From: Octopus sinensis
Taxonomy: Eukaryota
Assembly (NCBI RefSeq): GCF_006345805.1
Contig: NC_042998.1
Location: 83,204,001 to 83,268,000, forward strand
Length of the DNA stretch: 64,000 nucleotides
Direction of reading: 5' to 3'
The translations under genes and the position numbers were made by a program. The notes under the pieces are model-generated. The model had not been told where the DNA came from and searched no databases. It saw only the letters and a list, made by a program, of their open reading frames with translations. This document shows, one piece after another, positions 12,810 through 26,628 of the stretch; position 1 is the first letter of the stretch; the number at the start of each line of letters is the position of its first letter.

Positions 12810-13013
12810 TTTTTTTACTCTTTTTTACTTGTCTCAGTCATTTAACTGTGGCCAAGCTGGAGCACTGCCTTTTAGTTGAGCAAATCGCCCCCCAGGACTT
12901 ATTCTTTGTAAGCCTAGTACTTATTCTATTAATCGCTTTTGCTGAACCGCTAAGTTACGGGGATGTAAACACATCAGCATCGGTTGTCAAGTGATGTTGG
13001 GGAACAAACATAT

Positions 13014-13082
<69 letters not shown>

Positions 13083-13250
13083 TATGACAGGCTTCTTTCA
13101 CTTTCCGTCTACCAAATCCACTCACAAGGCTTTGGTTGGCTTGAGGCTATAGTAGAAGACACTTGCCCAAGGTGCCACGCTGTGGGACTGAACCCAGAAC
13201 CATGTGGTTGGTAAGCAAGCTATTTACCACACAGCCACTCTTATGCCTAT
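12810..13250 (-). mobile_element. SINE family A
   Basis: Same head, CORE-like CCTTGGGCAAGTGTCTT, internal (TA)n and tail. Confidence 0.9.
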
Positions 13251-15347
13251 TATTATAATTTTTTTTTTTTTTTGCTACTGACACTAGTGAGGTTTCCATG
13301 CTTTATGCTCGGCAACAAGGGGTTACAATATGAAAGAAGAGGTCAAAGCAGAACAGGTTTCTTACTGTAGAGGGGCTACATACTTGCCTACTTGCATTTT
13401 AGTAAAGAAGAGTAGTGGTGATCAGGACAGAGCAAGGAAGAGATGAAAATAATGGTGATGGGGTGTAAGTAGAAGTGAATGGAAGTATAAGACTGGGGGT
13501 GTAGATGAGTAAAGGTTGCAAGAGTATATAGAAGAGAGCTGGGGAATGGGTGAAGGGGAGAATATAAAGAATAGGGGAAGTAGGGAAGAGTAGGTGACAA
13601 CTGTAGAGATTAAATATAATTGAAGGTTGTATGTAGTGAATAGTGGGTAAGGAATGAAGGGAAACAATGGTCCATGAGGGTGAAGAATGGCAGAATAGTA
13701 ATATTCTTTAGGAATTGCTTTGATTTCAAGTACAGAAGGTATCAAAATTTCTTAAACTGTTTCTGTAAGACCACAACTAATGAGGCTTTTTTCCCCACTT
13801 TTTTAAAAGAAAAAATCAATAACAATCATTGAAAATGCTAATTTTTTTTTCTGTTTTGAATACATTTTAATTTTCTGGTAGGGAAGGGGCTTTTCCAAAT
13901 TCATTTTCTTTTTTAATTTCTAGCTTGTAATTTTAAGGAAATTAATAATAAATTAATCAGTGAAAAGGATTGAAACGTTATAAACCAACTTTTGAACAAC
14001 CTTTGCGATTATTAAGGGGAAAAAATAATCATTTAATATCTTTTAATATCACAGTCAGTTTTCTATAATAAATTATTAATGATGCATTTGACATTGTTAC
14101 AAATTTCATAAAAATTGTTGTTGTTACTGTTGAATAAATTTTTAGATTGTTTGCCATAAAGCCTTTCAGATAAAACTGTTTTTCGATATGAAGTCTCTTC
14201 TGAAAGAAGCCTTGCAGACTAAGGACTTATTGATTGATTTAAATTAATTTCAAAAGCCATTGGTACAAGTAGCTTTCTTCATTTTAAGCATGATTTAATC
14301 AGTAGTACAATTTTACCATTTTTTATTAAGTCAGACATTTCAATTGACTGTGGCTATCTGATACTGGAAGACTGAACAGAATAAAATGTTTCTATATCTA
14401 AATATATCTAAAGTCTGGTTTTATTGCTATCCCTTTTTTTTATACATATATTTCACTCCCTTTTTAATATAAATCAAAGCATAACCTATTAGCCTTTTTG
14501 TTGCTATATTTCTGTTAAAAGAGACTGCTTTTGTATCATTTAATTTTGAAAATAACAATAAATTCAACAAAATAATTTAACCATTATCAAAATGGTATTT
14601 TAAACACAAATGAACATGAAATTTTAATAGAAAGCTTTAATTTAGATAATTTTAAGCAAGAAGCAAAGGTGGTCTCAGGTGGGTTCATAACAAAAAGATT
14701 AAACTTTAAATATCTACATTAAAACTAAGCAGTAAACAGTTAATTCAGCAGGTTGTCATTACAATGTCACTGCTCTAGCAAATGAACACACAGAAGTCAT
14801 AACCTCATTTCCTTTGACGTCCTTCAACAGTTAAATTCATTGACAATTTTGATAATAGACATAAGTACCTACATAGGACAAAAAGACAGAAATAGGCCTC
14901 TTAATAAGCATTTTAAATTTATTTATTTTTTACTGTTTTTTTTTAAATTTTTTCTCTGAATTTTTGTTGAGTCTTGAAGCTGTTCTTGCTTAATTATGTT
15001 GTATTATGTCTCTTGCCAGAACTCTTCATTCTATTGTCTACATTTCAGTGAGCTATCAAAAATAGATGCAAGGTGTGTGGAAATAACTTCTTCAAGAGAG
15101 AGAAAAACAAAGCTAGTACCCTATACCAAAGATTTCTCTTGTCTAATTTAGATTATGAATCCAAAGCTAAATTGCTGATCTGGTGAGCTTTTCTGGTTGT
15201 TAGTAACAAAGTAATATTAATAAAAAGAATATTAAAGTATATGGTAATGTCTGTGCAATTATTAGGGACTCCCTCTTATCCTAATTGGCATGGAAGAAAT
15301 TCCTCTTTTCTGCTCAGATACTATGACAGCTACCATGGGATATATGA

Positions 15348-15748
15348 TTATCACCATCATCACTATTTTTATGCTTTCATGGATCAGACAGAATTTGTCG
15401 AAGCAGATTTTGTACAAACATATTGCCCTTGTCACCAACCCTCATCTGCTTTCCAAGCAAGGTAATATTTTCCCATGCATAAGTCATGCTTTCCACAGAT
15501 TGGAAACAATCTCACTTGTATGATGATGATGATAATAATGATGAACATTTACAACCATCGCTTGATGTCTAGGATAAGGGTACACACAAGCATACATACA
15601 GATATATGACAGGCTTGTCTCAGTTTCTGCCTATCAAATCCACTCAGAAGGCTTTGATTATCCTGGAGCTATAGTGGAAGACACTTACCCAAACTACCCT
15701 GCAGTGAGACTGAAGCCAAGATCACTTCTTAACTACACAGCAATACCT
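15348..15748 (-). mobile_element. SINE family B
   Basis: Same tail module joined to the family A body and head. Confidence 0.75.
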
Positions 15749-16267
15749 GATTCTGTAACCATGAAAATAAGAAACTATTAGAACCTAAACACACCTGCAA
15801 AACACCCATCACATTTACAGTGCTACTGCTGCTTACAGTTATAAACTCTAAATACTTTGTAGAATTCTTTACAAGTACATTGATCAAGATAGTTAAGTAT
15901 TTTTCACATAGTCCAGTCCCAGTGATAATACAAGCAGGTGTTCCTTGTGTATGGTTGTTCAGGACAATATTGATTTCACCCTGTGTCTCTTGCATGCCTT
16001 CTTGTATATGTGACAAATTTACCTTTCAATGTATTCAAGCCATGTGTAGTTCTGTTACTTGAGGTGAATAGTTTTAGTTCTATTCCAGCTGTTGCTACTG
16101 GTGTTGGATGTTTATCAATGTAGATTTTTGACAAGCAGATAAATGAACTATTAAGATGGTAAGGTGTGTGTGTGTGTGTGTGCAAACCATACAGTAAATG
16201 TGCTTTTAGTGGCATAAGGCAATGTGTGTACAGTGTTTGTTATTTTGCATACTATAATGTAGTCCTC

Positions 16268-16861
16268 ATCATCATTTAAAGTTCACTTGTCCATGCTTGC
16301 ATGGCTCAGATAGAATTTGTTGAGGCAAATTTTCCATGGCCTGATGCCTTTCTTGTTGCCAACTCTAACCTATTTCCAAGCAAGGTAATATTTCCCTATG
16401 GCCAAACACGATTTCCACTGAAGACTGGACATAAACATCACTTGTATGACAGGAATGCTCATTTACAACCATCATGACATCAACACACACACTCACACAT
16501 TCTATACAATAGGTTTCTGTCAGTTTCCATCAACCATTTGGCTTTGGTCTGTCCAAGGCTATGGTAGAAGATTTCTTTAATGTCCTCCAAACAATGAAAT
16601 ATTCAACTGTTAATTGTAATGACATGTTTGGTAATAGACAAGCACCAATACAAGAAAAAGGAAGGAAAAAAAGAACAGATGATTTAGGTCTCTTAATGAG
16701 TGTTTTTAATTCATTTTCTTTTTTTGCCATTTATGATTTTTCTTTTCAAATTTTCATTTTTTTAAAAATTGTTCTTGTCTAGTCATGTGCCATGCAGAAG
16801 GACTGAACTCAAGACCGCATGGTTGGGAAGGAAACTTCTTAACCACACAGCCACACCTGCA
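16268..16861 (-). mobile_element. SINE family B, interrupted by about 220 bp of unrelated AT-rich sequence (about 16568-16784)
   Basis: Tail and body 16268-16567, head 16785-16861. Confidence 0.75.
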
Positions 16862-16893
16862 TTTCAATATTTTGTATGATATAGTAAGATATA

Positions 16894-17280
16894 GGTGCAG
16901 GAGTGGCTTTATGGTAAGTAGCTTGTTTACCAACCACATGGTTCCGGGTTCAGTCCCACTGCGTGGCACCTTGGGCAAGTGTCTTCTACTATAGCCTCGG
17001 GCCGACCAAACCTTGTGAGTTGATTTGGTAGATGGAAACTGAAAGAAGCCCGTCGTATATATGTATATATATGTATGTGTCTGTGTTTGTCTCCCTAGCA
17101 TTGCTTGACAACCAATGCTGGTGTGTTTATATCCCCGTCACTTAGCGGTTCGGCAAAACAGACCAATAGAATAAGTACTGGGCTTACAAAGAATAAGTGC
17201 CTGGTTCGAGTTGCTCGATTAAAGGCGGTGCTCCAGCATGGCCACAGTCAAATGACTGAAACAAGTAAAAGAGCAAAGAG
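16894..17280 (+). mobile_element. SINE family A, young
   Basis: A-box-like GTGGCTTTATGGT, B-box-like GGTTCAGTCCC, CORE-like segment, CpGs retained. Confidence 0.93.
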
Positions 17281-17489
17281 TATAGTATAGCATGTTCCAA
17301 TATTTTCATTCTTCAAATGGATTTTAGTTTGTCTCAATTGAACATCTTATTTCAGAACTTCTCATTCACATCATTATGTTCATGTGAGAAGTTTATTCCT
17401 TCTGTGCTGCACTATTTAGTTCCATGTCATACCAGATTGTGCAGATCTATGATGGAAAGTATTATTCTACCCTTTTTATTAATTGGGTA

Positions 17490-18001
17490 GTCACATTCAA
17501 TGTACATGATTTCGCTGTTCACCTATCATGCCCTCAGTACATTGCAGATTTTTTTGGTTAATATATGTAAATTTGCATTGGCGACTCCTCAATATATTGC
17601 AAGTATTTATATTTTTTTTAGGTTTTAATTATTTCTGTGGTAAAATGAGCATTTTCATGCCTAAAAATTTATAAATGAAAATACAGTACAGTACTGCACT
17701 GTATAACACATTCACTAAAATATATTAAAAGAAAATACATAGTGTACTGTAAATGAGTAAACAAAGAATCGCACATACTGTATGGAAAACGAAACTCGGG
17801 AGGCAAAAAAGGAGAAGACACGAGTACTCCTAAGAGTGTGGGGAGAGTTTATAAAAGCTTAAATATACAAAAATAATAAAACATATATGCAAATTATAAA
17901 AATAATAATAATAAAATACAGTACAGTACTGTTTCTACTTCAGATTTTCACCTATTGCAGGCTTTTGGAACATAATACCTACAATAGTCAAGTGATTACT
18001 G
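17490..18001. mobile_element. Non-autonomous Tigger/pogo-like DNA transposon (MITE)
   Basis: Right end ...ttcacctattgca...ggaacataata...gtgattactg|TA resembles Tigger-type termini, with a related ttcacctatc..ccctcagta subterminal motif near 17520. The left terminus is degenerate. Confidence 0.5.
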
Positions 18002-18389
18002 TATCATTTTTGTTTTGAATACTGTTGGGTAGGTATGATTTTAAAGGAAATTTAGCTACTATTTCTAGCAAATCAAATAGCCACATAGAGGCTTCCTTCG
18101 TGATACTATATTGAGGTTGATACATTGCCAGACTGTTTGTTGTTGGTGAGTCATGCTAAGCCAACCGACAGATCTCTAAAGCAGTAATGTATTTAATAAT
18201 GCAATTGTTGATTATCTCCTATCAAAAGAAATCTTCAAATGATATTTTTTTTTGCATGCACATGTGATATATTCTATTAAAGTTGTGCAGTAAGATAGTA
18301 AAATCCAAAAATAGAATTTTCTGTCAACCAGATTGCAGACTTAATTTGGATATTTTTGTTAATCCTGTTAGTATTTTTTAGTATTTTTT

Positions 18390-18680
18390 TATCTTTTACT
18401 TGTTTCAGTCATTGGACTGTAACCATACTGCTGTCCCACCTTGAAGAGTTAAGTCAAACAAATCATTCCCCAGTACTTATCCTAGCAGCCTCTTTTGTCA
18501 AAACTGCTAAGTTAAAGGGATGTAAACAAACCAGTACCACTTCTAGTTGTGAAATACCGGCTGGGAGTCCTACTCAAACACAAAGGCACACACTCATGCT
18601 TGTGTGTGTGTGAGATGGGCTTCATAGAGTTTCCATCCACCAAATTCATTCACAAATCATTGGTTGGTGTGGGGCTATAA
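18390..18680 (-). mobile_element. SINE family A, degenerate
   Basis: cttttacttgtttcagtcatt tail through a degenerate aaatccactcacaagg-like segment. Confidence 0.7.
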
Positions 18681-19035
18681 CTTTGAGTTTTAAAAATCTT
18701 ATAATGTTTCCTCCTAATTCAAAATGGCTTCCTAAAAGAGACATTCTCAGTTTTCAGTTTAAAGTATACAACTTGCTTGAGGATTTTTTTTTTAGAGGCC
18801 ACATTATCTTTCTTGTTTATTATTCTTTAATGTTGCTCCAGTCTACTAAGATTTAGCTGCCGTTTCTCTCTCCAGTTGTCACATTCTAGATGTTCTGCTG
18901 GTGAAAAGGGGAAAGGGCTGAGAGAATGCCTTTGTCTGATTCTACCTACACAGGCTCCTAAAACAATTAGAAAAAGCATACTCCCTTGCAAGTGATGACT
19001 TCTGACTTTGTACTTATACACATAATACATGCAGT

Positions 19036-19071
<36 letters not shown>

Positions 19072-19209
19072 TGAGTGGTATATGAAAAGTTTTGAGGCTT
19101 CACAGCCTTTGAGTCTTGAAGTCTTGTACCATGTTTTGTTTTTTGTGAAGCTCAAGACTTTTCATACATCCCTTGTGTGTGTATGTATATATATATGTAC
19201 ATACATACA

Positions 19210-19450
19210 CACACACATAAGTAGGTGAGTGGGCTAGTAGTTATGGTGTTGCACTCATAATCACTAGATTATGGGTTCAACTTCCTGAACCAGGCAGCAC
19301 ATTGTGTTCTTGAGCAAAACACTCCATTATACTGTTGCTCCAGTTCACTCAGCTGTAAATGAGTGACCCTGAAACAGATTAAACCTTGAATCAGAGGGAT
19401 TGTTGGCTCACCTTGCCAGCAGTGTGGCATCGTTCTGATGCTAAAAAGAA
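19210..19450 (+). mobile_element. Family D-related SINE with a different 3' part
   Basis: gtgttcttgagcaaaacact...gctccagttcactcagctgtaaatgagt. Confidence 0.7.
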
Positions 19451-19572
19451 ACATACAAAAAGTGTGTTGTGACCTGTAATGTATTACAACATCCTTGGAT
19501 TCTGGTGCAGCCTTCCAGCTTGCCAGCTCTGGTCAAACCATCCAGCATAGATGTTAAATGATGATGATTATT

Positions 19573-19982
19573 AGAAGTGGCTGTGTGGTAAGTAGCTTCC
19601 TAACCAACCACATGGTTCCGGGTTCAGTCCCACTGCGTGGCATCTTGGGCAAGTGTCTTCTGCTATAGCCTCAGGCCGACCAATGCCTTGTGAGTGGATT
19701 TGGTAGACGGAAACTGAAAGAAGCCTGTCGTATATTTGTATATATATATATATGTGTGTGTGTATGTGTTTGTTTGTGTGTTTGTGTTTGTCTCCCTAGC
19801 ATTGCTTGACAACAGATGCTGGTGTGTTTACGTCCCCGTCACTTAGCGGTTCGGCAAAAGAGACCAATAGAATAAGTACTGGGCTTACAAAGAATAAGTC
19901 CCGGGGTCGATTTGCTCGACTAAAGGCAGTGCTCCAGCATGGCCGCAGTCAAATGACTGAAACAAGTAAAAGAGAGTAAAGA

Positions 19983-19983
<1 letters not shown>
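19573..19983 (+). mobile_element. SINE family A, young
   Basis: A box TGGCTGTGTGGT, B box GGTTCAGTCCC, full tail. Confidence 0.93.
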
Positions 19984-20044
<61 letters not shown>

Positions 20045-20104
20045 GCACTAACCTCTTCGATCATACCTTAACCCGTGTTTCTTAATTTGTAAGATACATA
20101 ATGA

Positions 20105-20298
20105 CGTCACTAGTACTGGTGGCATAATAAAAGTACCCAGCACACTGTGAAGTGGTTGGACTTAGGAAGGGCATCCAGCCATAGAAACCATGCCAAAGCA
20201 GACACTGGAGTACAATGCAGTCCTTTGACTTAATGTATCCCAAACTGTCCAACCCATGCTAGCATTGAATATGGATGTTAAATAATGATGATCATCAT
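20105..20298 (+). mobile_element. Short copy of the RTE 3' end
   Basis: ttaggaagggcatccagccatagaaacc...gatgttaaataatgatgat. Confidence 0.75.
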
Positions 20299-20717
20299 GA
20301 TTATATATAAAATATAAATGGTATAATAAACAGTCTCTCTGTGGGACTTAAGAATTTATGACAGAAATGGTTTCTGTTTTTGGTTAAAACAGACTAAACA
20401 ACTGAAGGTGACTACACTTAATGTCCCTTTGGTGAGTGTGCTAAGATACAGGCATGGCTGTGTCATGAAATAGTTTGCTTTACAACCATATGGTCTTTGA
20501 TTCAACCCTGTTGAAAGGCACCGTGAACAAATATTTTCTGCTATAGGTCCGGTGTGATCCAAATTTTATGAGTGAAATTTGGTAGACAGTGACTTTGCTG
20601 AACCTGTTGAATATGTATCATGGGAAATAGATTAATCAATGAATCAAGCAAAAATAACTGTGACATTTTGTTTTAGCTACTTCTTTTTATCCCCAATCAG
20701 CTTTGCCATTTGCGTTA

Positions 20718-21238
20718 TCATCATCGTTTAACATCTGCTTTCCATGCTGGCTTGGGTTAGATGGTTTGACTGAGGTCTGGAAAGCCAGTAGCTGCACCAG
20801 GCTCCAATCTGATCTGGCAATGTTTCTACAGCTGGATACCCTTCCTAACACCAACCACTCCGAGAGTCTTGTGGGTGCTTTTTACATACCACCAGCACTG
20901 GTAGCAATCATGTTTGGATAGTGCTTTTTACATACCACCAGCACAGGAGCCAGTCAGGGGGCACTGGCATCAACCACATTCAGATGGTGCACTTTATGTG
21001 CTACTGGCACGGGAGCTAGTCATGGGGCCCTGGCATCGATCATGTTCAGATAGTGCTTTTTACATGCCTCCGGCACAGGAGCCAGTCAGGCAGCCCTGGC
21101 ATCGATCATGTTTGGATAGTGCTTTTTACGTCACACCAACACGGGAGCCAGTTGGGGGGCACTGGCATCAGCCATGTTCGGATGGTGCTTTTTACATGAC
21201 ACCAGCACAGAGCCAGTCAGGGGGCACTGGTACCAGAT
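20718..21238 (-). mobile_element. Copy of the RTE 3' end with about five 66-67 bp tandem units
   Basis: Units of (g)atagtgctttttacat.ccaccagcacaggagccagtcagg. Confidence 0.9.
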
Positions 21239-23159
21239 AAAACAATTTAATTGACTAAAACTCTTGAAGACAGCACCCTACCATGACTTCACAACAATGA
21301 CTGAAACTAGTAAAAGGGGCACTGAGAAAAGTATATTGTCTTCTTTTTATTAAGATTATGATCAGTTTTCTTCACAGATTTCTGCTTTTTCTTTTAGTTG
21401 ACTTTTTCCTTGTATTTCTAAGGTTATGATGACATGGCTCCTGTTTCTTGTGCAAAACGATAACATCAATCTGTTATCCTTTCTCATCCCCTTCTTTAAC
21501 ATCTGGAAAGGAACAGGGATTATGTAAGACGCATTGTCATCACAAGCTGTCTTTCAATAATATCTATTTTGAAAAATTGAAATAATCTTTTTCCTTTTTT
21601 CACATTATGTAATGGCCAGATTTGGAGAAGATAAATCCCCAAAAGGAATTAAGTGGTTTTCTTTTGGCTTACTTTTGCTTTGTTCTAAATCTTTTGCTAA
21701 CATAGCATGAAAAAAATTTTTCTATTGATTTTACTGTGGTTGTAATTCATATTTCTTTTACTTCTCTTTCTCTCTCTCTCTCTGAATTTATTTCCATAAT
21801 AGTTATTGATACTTGTTAAATATGCATTTAAAATCTATTCATCCCCTAACATGATTTAGTAAAACAATTTAGCAGAATGGCCATATCAATTTATGCATTC
21901 AATATCATTCCTACCTCCTTTCCATTTATAAATTTATCACATATATTAAGCTACAGATATGGGTCTGAAGCAGGCAGTGTGACACCATCCCAGTATATTC
22001 TTAGTTGCATTATTAAATAGAGATTGTCTTGAGTGATATCTCAATGAGTATGTATGAAAAAAGAAAATTAAAAAGTAAGAAAGAAAAATAATGTAACTGT
22101 CTCCTAATCTGCAAGAGGCTTTTAAAGGTTAGTTAGTTTTATGCTGTTAAGGAAACAGATAAGACTATTTGTCTGGATTGAATGCCAGTCTATTTTGGGT
22201 GATATTAGTAGAAGATGTGATAACCAGTTCTTGACAGCTAGGACATGTAGACAAGTAGAATTAACTAGTCGCTGCATACACAACAAATCATTTACAGTGG
22301 TTACAATTTCCAGACATATGAGCTGATAATCCAGCATCTTATCCACTTTGTTATGTCAGTTTTACCCAGGAGTTATAGTGCTAATGAACTACAATATGAG
22401 GCATGTTCAAAAAGTCTCTCCACAGTGAACTTTTGTCATCCTGTGCATGCGCAACTTGGCTATCACTGAGTCAACTTATGTATTGAAATGAAGGATGACA
22501 CTTTTAACACCTCTTATAATGTTTTTTTAAAGTCTTGTAAAGCCTAATATATTCTTTTACAGTCTTATACCAGCTTATAAAATATTTATTTTGCAATAAA
22601 ATACTCACTGCAGAGAGACTTTTTGAACAAACTGTACAAATGATTAAGAGCTTCTTCATAATTCTGAACTTCTCTGTTGCCTTTACACTGTTCTTTTTGG
22701 GTTTTTTTAACTAAATGATTGTTATGAATAGAATATTTAGTGGAAAATAGCCAATTTATTGACTTTCTGAAGAAGCCTTTTTTATTCTAGAAATAGAATT
22801 TAACTATTCACCAAGATGGAAGTTATGTGAATAATAACTTTATCTTTCAGTGAATCTGTATTTATTCAATTCTCTATAAGTTTTAAAAAATTTGTTTTCT
22901 CTATTATCTCTTTACCTTTCTTAACACTACTTATTTTTATCTATGTCTGGTACTCAGAATTTGGAACAATTATTAACTGTACTTTGTAACCTCTACTATT
23001 TTCAGACATTATTAAAAAATTTGGTCTAATTTCAGAACTACTAAAGCTACTGTAGTACTAAACTTGGCTTTCAAACTTGCTACTCAATGTACTTTTCAAA
23101 TCATATATTAATAATTAGAATTATATCAAACCTTCTTTAGTGTTTACTCTCTCTCTCTT

Positions 23160-23560
23160 ACTCTTTTACTCGTTTACTTGTTTCATTCATTTAACTCTGA
23201 CCATGCTGGAGCACTGCCTTTAGTCGAGCAAATTGACCCCAGGACTTATTCTTTGTAAGCCTAGTACTGGTCTCTTTTGCCGAACCGCTAAGTTACGGGG
23301 ATGTAAACACAACAGCATCGGTTGTCAAGCAATGTTGGGGTGGGGGGGACAAATACAGACACACAAACATACACACACAAACCTACATACATATATATGA
23401 CAGGCTTCTTTCAGTTTCCGTCTACCAAATCCACTCACAAGACTATAGTAGAAGACACTTGCCCAAGGTACCACGCAATGGGACTGAGCCTGGAACCATG
23501 TGGTTCATAAGCAAGCTACTTACCACACAGCCACTCCTAGTTTAGCTCATATCTCGCGAT
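23160..23560 (-). mobile_element. SINE family A
   Basis: Full layout with small internal deletions. Confidence 0.9.
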
Positions 23561-23694
23561 AATGTTAATGAAGCTGTTTGTTATTTAACTCCTCTTCAAG
23601 ATTTAACTCTGATCCTTGGGTAGAGATGTTGAAAGGCATTCCAACTATGATCTCGTCTTTTTTTTTTTACCTTCAGGCATCTGAATCTTTTTAG

Positions 23695-23938
23695 CCCTTT
23701 CATAACCCTATTTCTGTCGAAATATACTGTCTTTCTTTCAGTTAATTTCAAGAATAAATAAGAATTTTGTAAAATAACTTGCTCATTATTTTACTGCTGT
23801 CTGAAACCTAAATCAATGTGAAATTTTGTTGGAAGTTTTTCATTTAGATTATATCATGGTTCAAATTTTCTGTTCTAAATCAAGAAATTTGTATCATAGA
23901 GTCAGAAGTAGTCTCAGGAAGGATGGCATCAAAAAGGG
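23695..23938. mobile_element. piggyBac-like MITE, degenerate relative of 3694-3910
   Basis: ttag|CCCTTT...AAAAAGGG|taa ends and a similar AT-rich interior. Confidence 0.4.
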
Positions 23939-24247
23939 TAAGATGATAGTGTATGGTTTCTAGCTGACTGGGTGATCAAACTTCCCCTAAAACTATATTG
24001 TTCATGAACCTTGATTGAAATCTTCATTTTTACCCTGCATCAATTCAAACTGAACATAAATGGGTGGGATCAGTGCATTTGTCCACCCACTCCGATATTT
24101 AGAGGCTCTGGAAGAAATACATTCCATGTGCTTTGTCCCTCCATTGTCCAAGAAGCTAAATCGGTGGTTCTCAACTATTTTGTACCTATGGGCCTATTTG
24201 ATTCCTATTGAACCTCTATGGCCATTTGATGTATGTATGTATATATA

Positions 24248-24289
<42 letters not shown>

Positions 24290-24293
<4 letters not shown>

Positions 24294-24755
24294 CCTCGAC
24301 TGGCTTCTGTGCCGGTGGCACATAAAAAGCACCATCTGAACGTGGCTGATGCCAGCATCGCCTCGACTGGCTTCTGTGCCGGTGGCACATAAAAAGCACC
24401 ATCTGAACGTGGCTGATGCCAGCACCGCCTCGACTGGCTTCTGTGCCGGTGACACATAAAAAGCACCATCTGAACGTAGCCGATGCCAGCGCCACCTCGG
24501 CTGGCTTCTGTGCCGGTGGCACGTTAAAAGCACCAACCAATCGTGGCCGATGCCAGACTCCCCTGGCACCTGTGCAGGTGGCACGTAAAAAGCGCCCACT
24601 ACACTCGCGGAGTGGTTGGTGTTAGGAAGGGCATCCAGCTGTAGAAACACTGCCAGATCAGACTGGAGCCTGGTGCAGCCCCTGGCTTCCCAGACCCCGG
24701 TCGAACCGTCCAACCCGTGCTAGCGCGGAAAACGGACGCTAAACTATGATGATGG
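24290..24755 (+). mobile_element. Young copy of the RTE 3' end with a 67-bp tandem repeat (about 3.7 units)
   Basis: Unit starts at 24293, 24360, 24427 and 24494. CpG-rich, tail cgctaaactatgatgatg. Confidence 0.92.
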
Positions 24756-26628
24756 TGAAAAAAAGATCCTACCATATTTTTTATAATTAAACATTATTAA
24801 GAATTGTTCATGAAAGATTAAAATATTTTGTGTATTATAGAAATTGCAGCACATAAATTTTAACAAAAAAATCTTGGAATTGCCCAAAGTTATATGGTGC
24901 CTGGTTGAAAACCACTGAGCTAAATGAAAAGCAAAAACAAAAAGATTATGTGCAGGATCAGGTTAGAGAGTTATTGAATGAAGTGATGCTTTATAGATAT
25001 TGTCAGCTCATTATTTTTCAATCAATGCTTTATTCAGTCATTTGTGTATAATTGAAAGCTTATTCTCTTGCATTTTAAACAATATTTTCTGGCTAGTGAT
25101 TAGATTTACTTCACAGAATGTGACTTGTTTTAAATTAGATATGACTCGATAATATCTCCAATTTAATTTACACCTACACATATGAACCAACAGTGCTGAT
25201 TTTCAGGTTTTTCTTGGATTTTTTCTAACATGTGGTGGGTGGATTATTATCATTAGTTTTTTTTCTTTCTTTTGTTAGTTTTCCTTATTCCTTGGGGAAG
25301 TCATCATTATCTTCTTTAATTTCTCCGATAAAATAACAGCTGTTGTAAAGTGAAGTCAGCTTATCACTGCTTGTTTTCTATGTTACCATGCTATTAATTG
25401 TTTTGGTTTCACTGTTTTCTTTTTCCTTCTTTCCTTTTTTTTTCATGGGGGTGTGAGCATCTATTTTTAATTCTTTGAATTTTTGTTTTCTATAAAGAAG
25501 AGGCTAGTTTATAACAAAATAACAAAGCTCCATTGCTGGAATTTCGATAACAATGGTAAAGTTACTTGTTGAATTTTAGCAAAACATTTCATTTCATTTC
25601 ATCTTTTTTACTGCTCTGTTTATTGATGGAATTTGAAAAGTGTATTATTTTTGCCGGTCATGTTATCTGAAAGACCCCAGTTTTTCAATATAACCATTTA
25701 GATAATTAATAACAAAACTGATGAAAAGTGACACAAATGTAGATCTACTGTGTGTGCGAGCATATAAAAAGTTTTTAATTTCTGTATATTTAACAGAAGA
25801 TGAACAGGTCTTGCACAATTATTCACATATATGGATTATTGAATCTTCAAATCTGAAGTTGAATAACTGCTTAATTAGTACCCAGCCATGAGATGACAAC
25901 TGTTTATTTTTCTGGCCAAAGCAACTATAATACCTCACATATAACAATCTTTAGCTCCCAACCTCTCTTTCAATCACCTTCTTGTCCTTTGAGAGTATGC
26001 TCTGACGCTTCATCAGCACCATCTTTATCACTCCTTCCAGCTCCACGCCAGTTGCTCCCACTCATTCTTATATAGTGTGGGGTGGCTATGTATCTCTTCT
26101 GCAGCAACAAATGTGTTCTCATATCTTTCTTTAATACCTGAATCTCTTAACACCTGGCATTTAACTTCCTCCCTGTTGAACTGATTGGTGTGTTTATGAG
26201 ATTTGGTTACTGTTTCTTACAGCTTGAGAGGTTATGCAAAAACCACTTCTATTGGTTAGCTATTCTTTTGTTGATGGAATTGTATGTCTTGTTAGTGTTC
26301 TTGTTGAACTGTAGGTCAACCCTGATTAATACACTTTAAAAAAAATTTTTTTAGCTATAATATATCTAGGACCACTTTAGCTAATATGACCCTTTTTTTT
26401 CTTAAGTTGGTCAGAAGTGATCTGAGGTAGATTTGCCTGGCTTTCTAACAGATATAGTAACTATTATCTAAAGGCTAACAGATTCAGTTTTGCTTTTTTT
26501 TCTGTTTATATAGGAAATATCTTGACTGTTACAAAGAAAATAAACTTTAAATTCGATTCAAAAGTAACCGTTTATACTTCATATTATTCTGTCAAAAGTA
26601 ATGCTTATTTATTCACATTGTTTTGAAT

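Noticed and set aside
15729-16016. 95-aa minus-strand ORF
   Set aside because: No recognisable domain or splice pattern. Possibly an old repeat.
16894-16970. tRNA gene
   Set aside because: A and B boxes belong to a SINE head, and no cloverleaf with acceptor stem is evident. The same applies to the other SINE heads.
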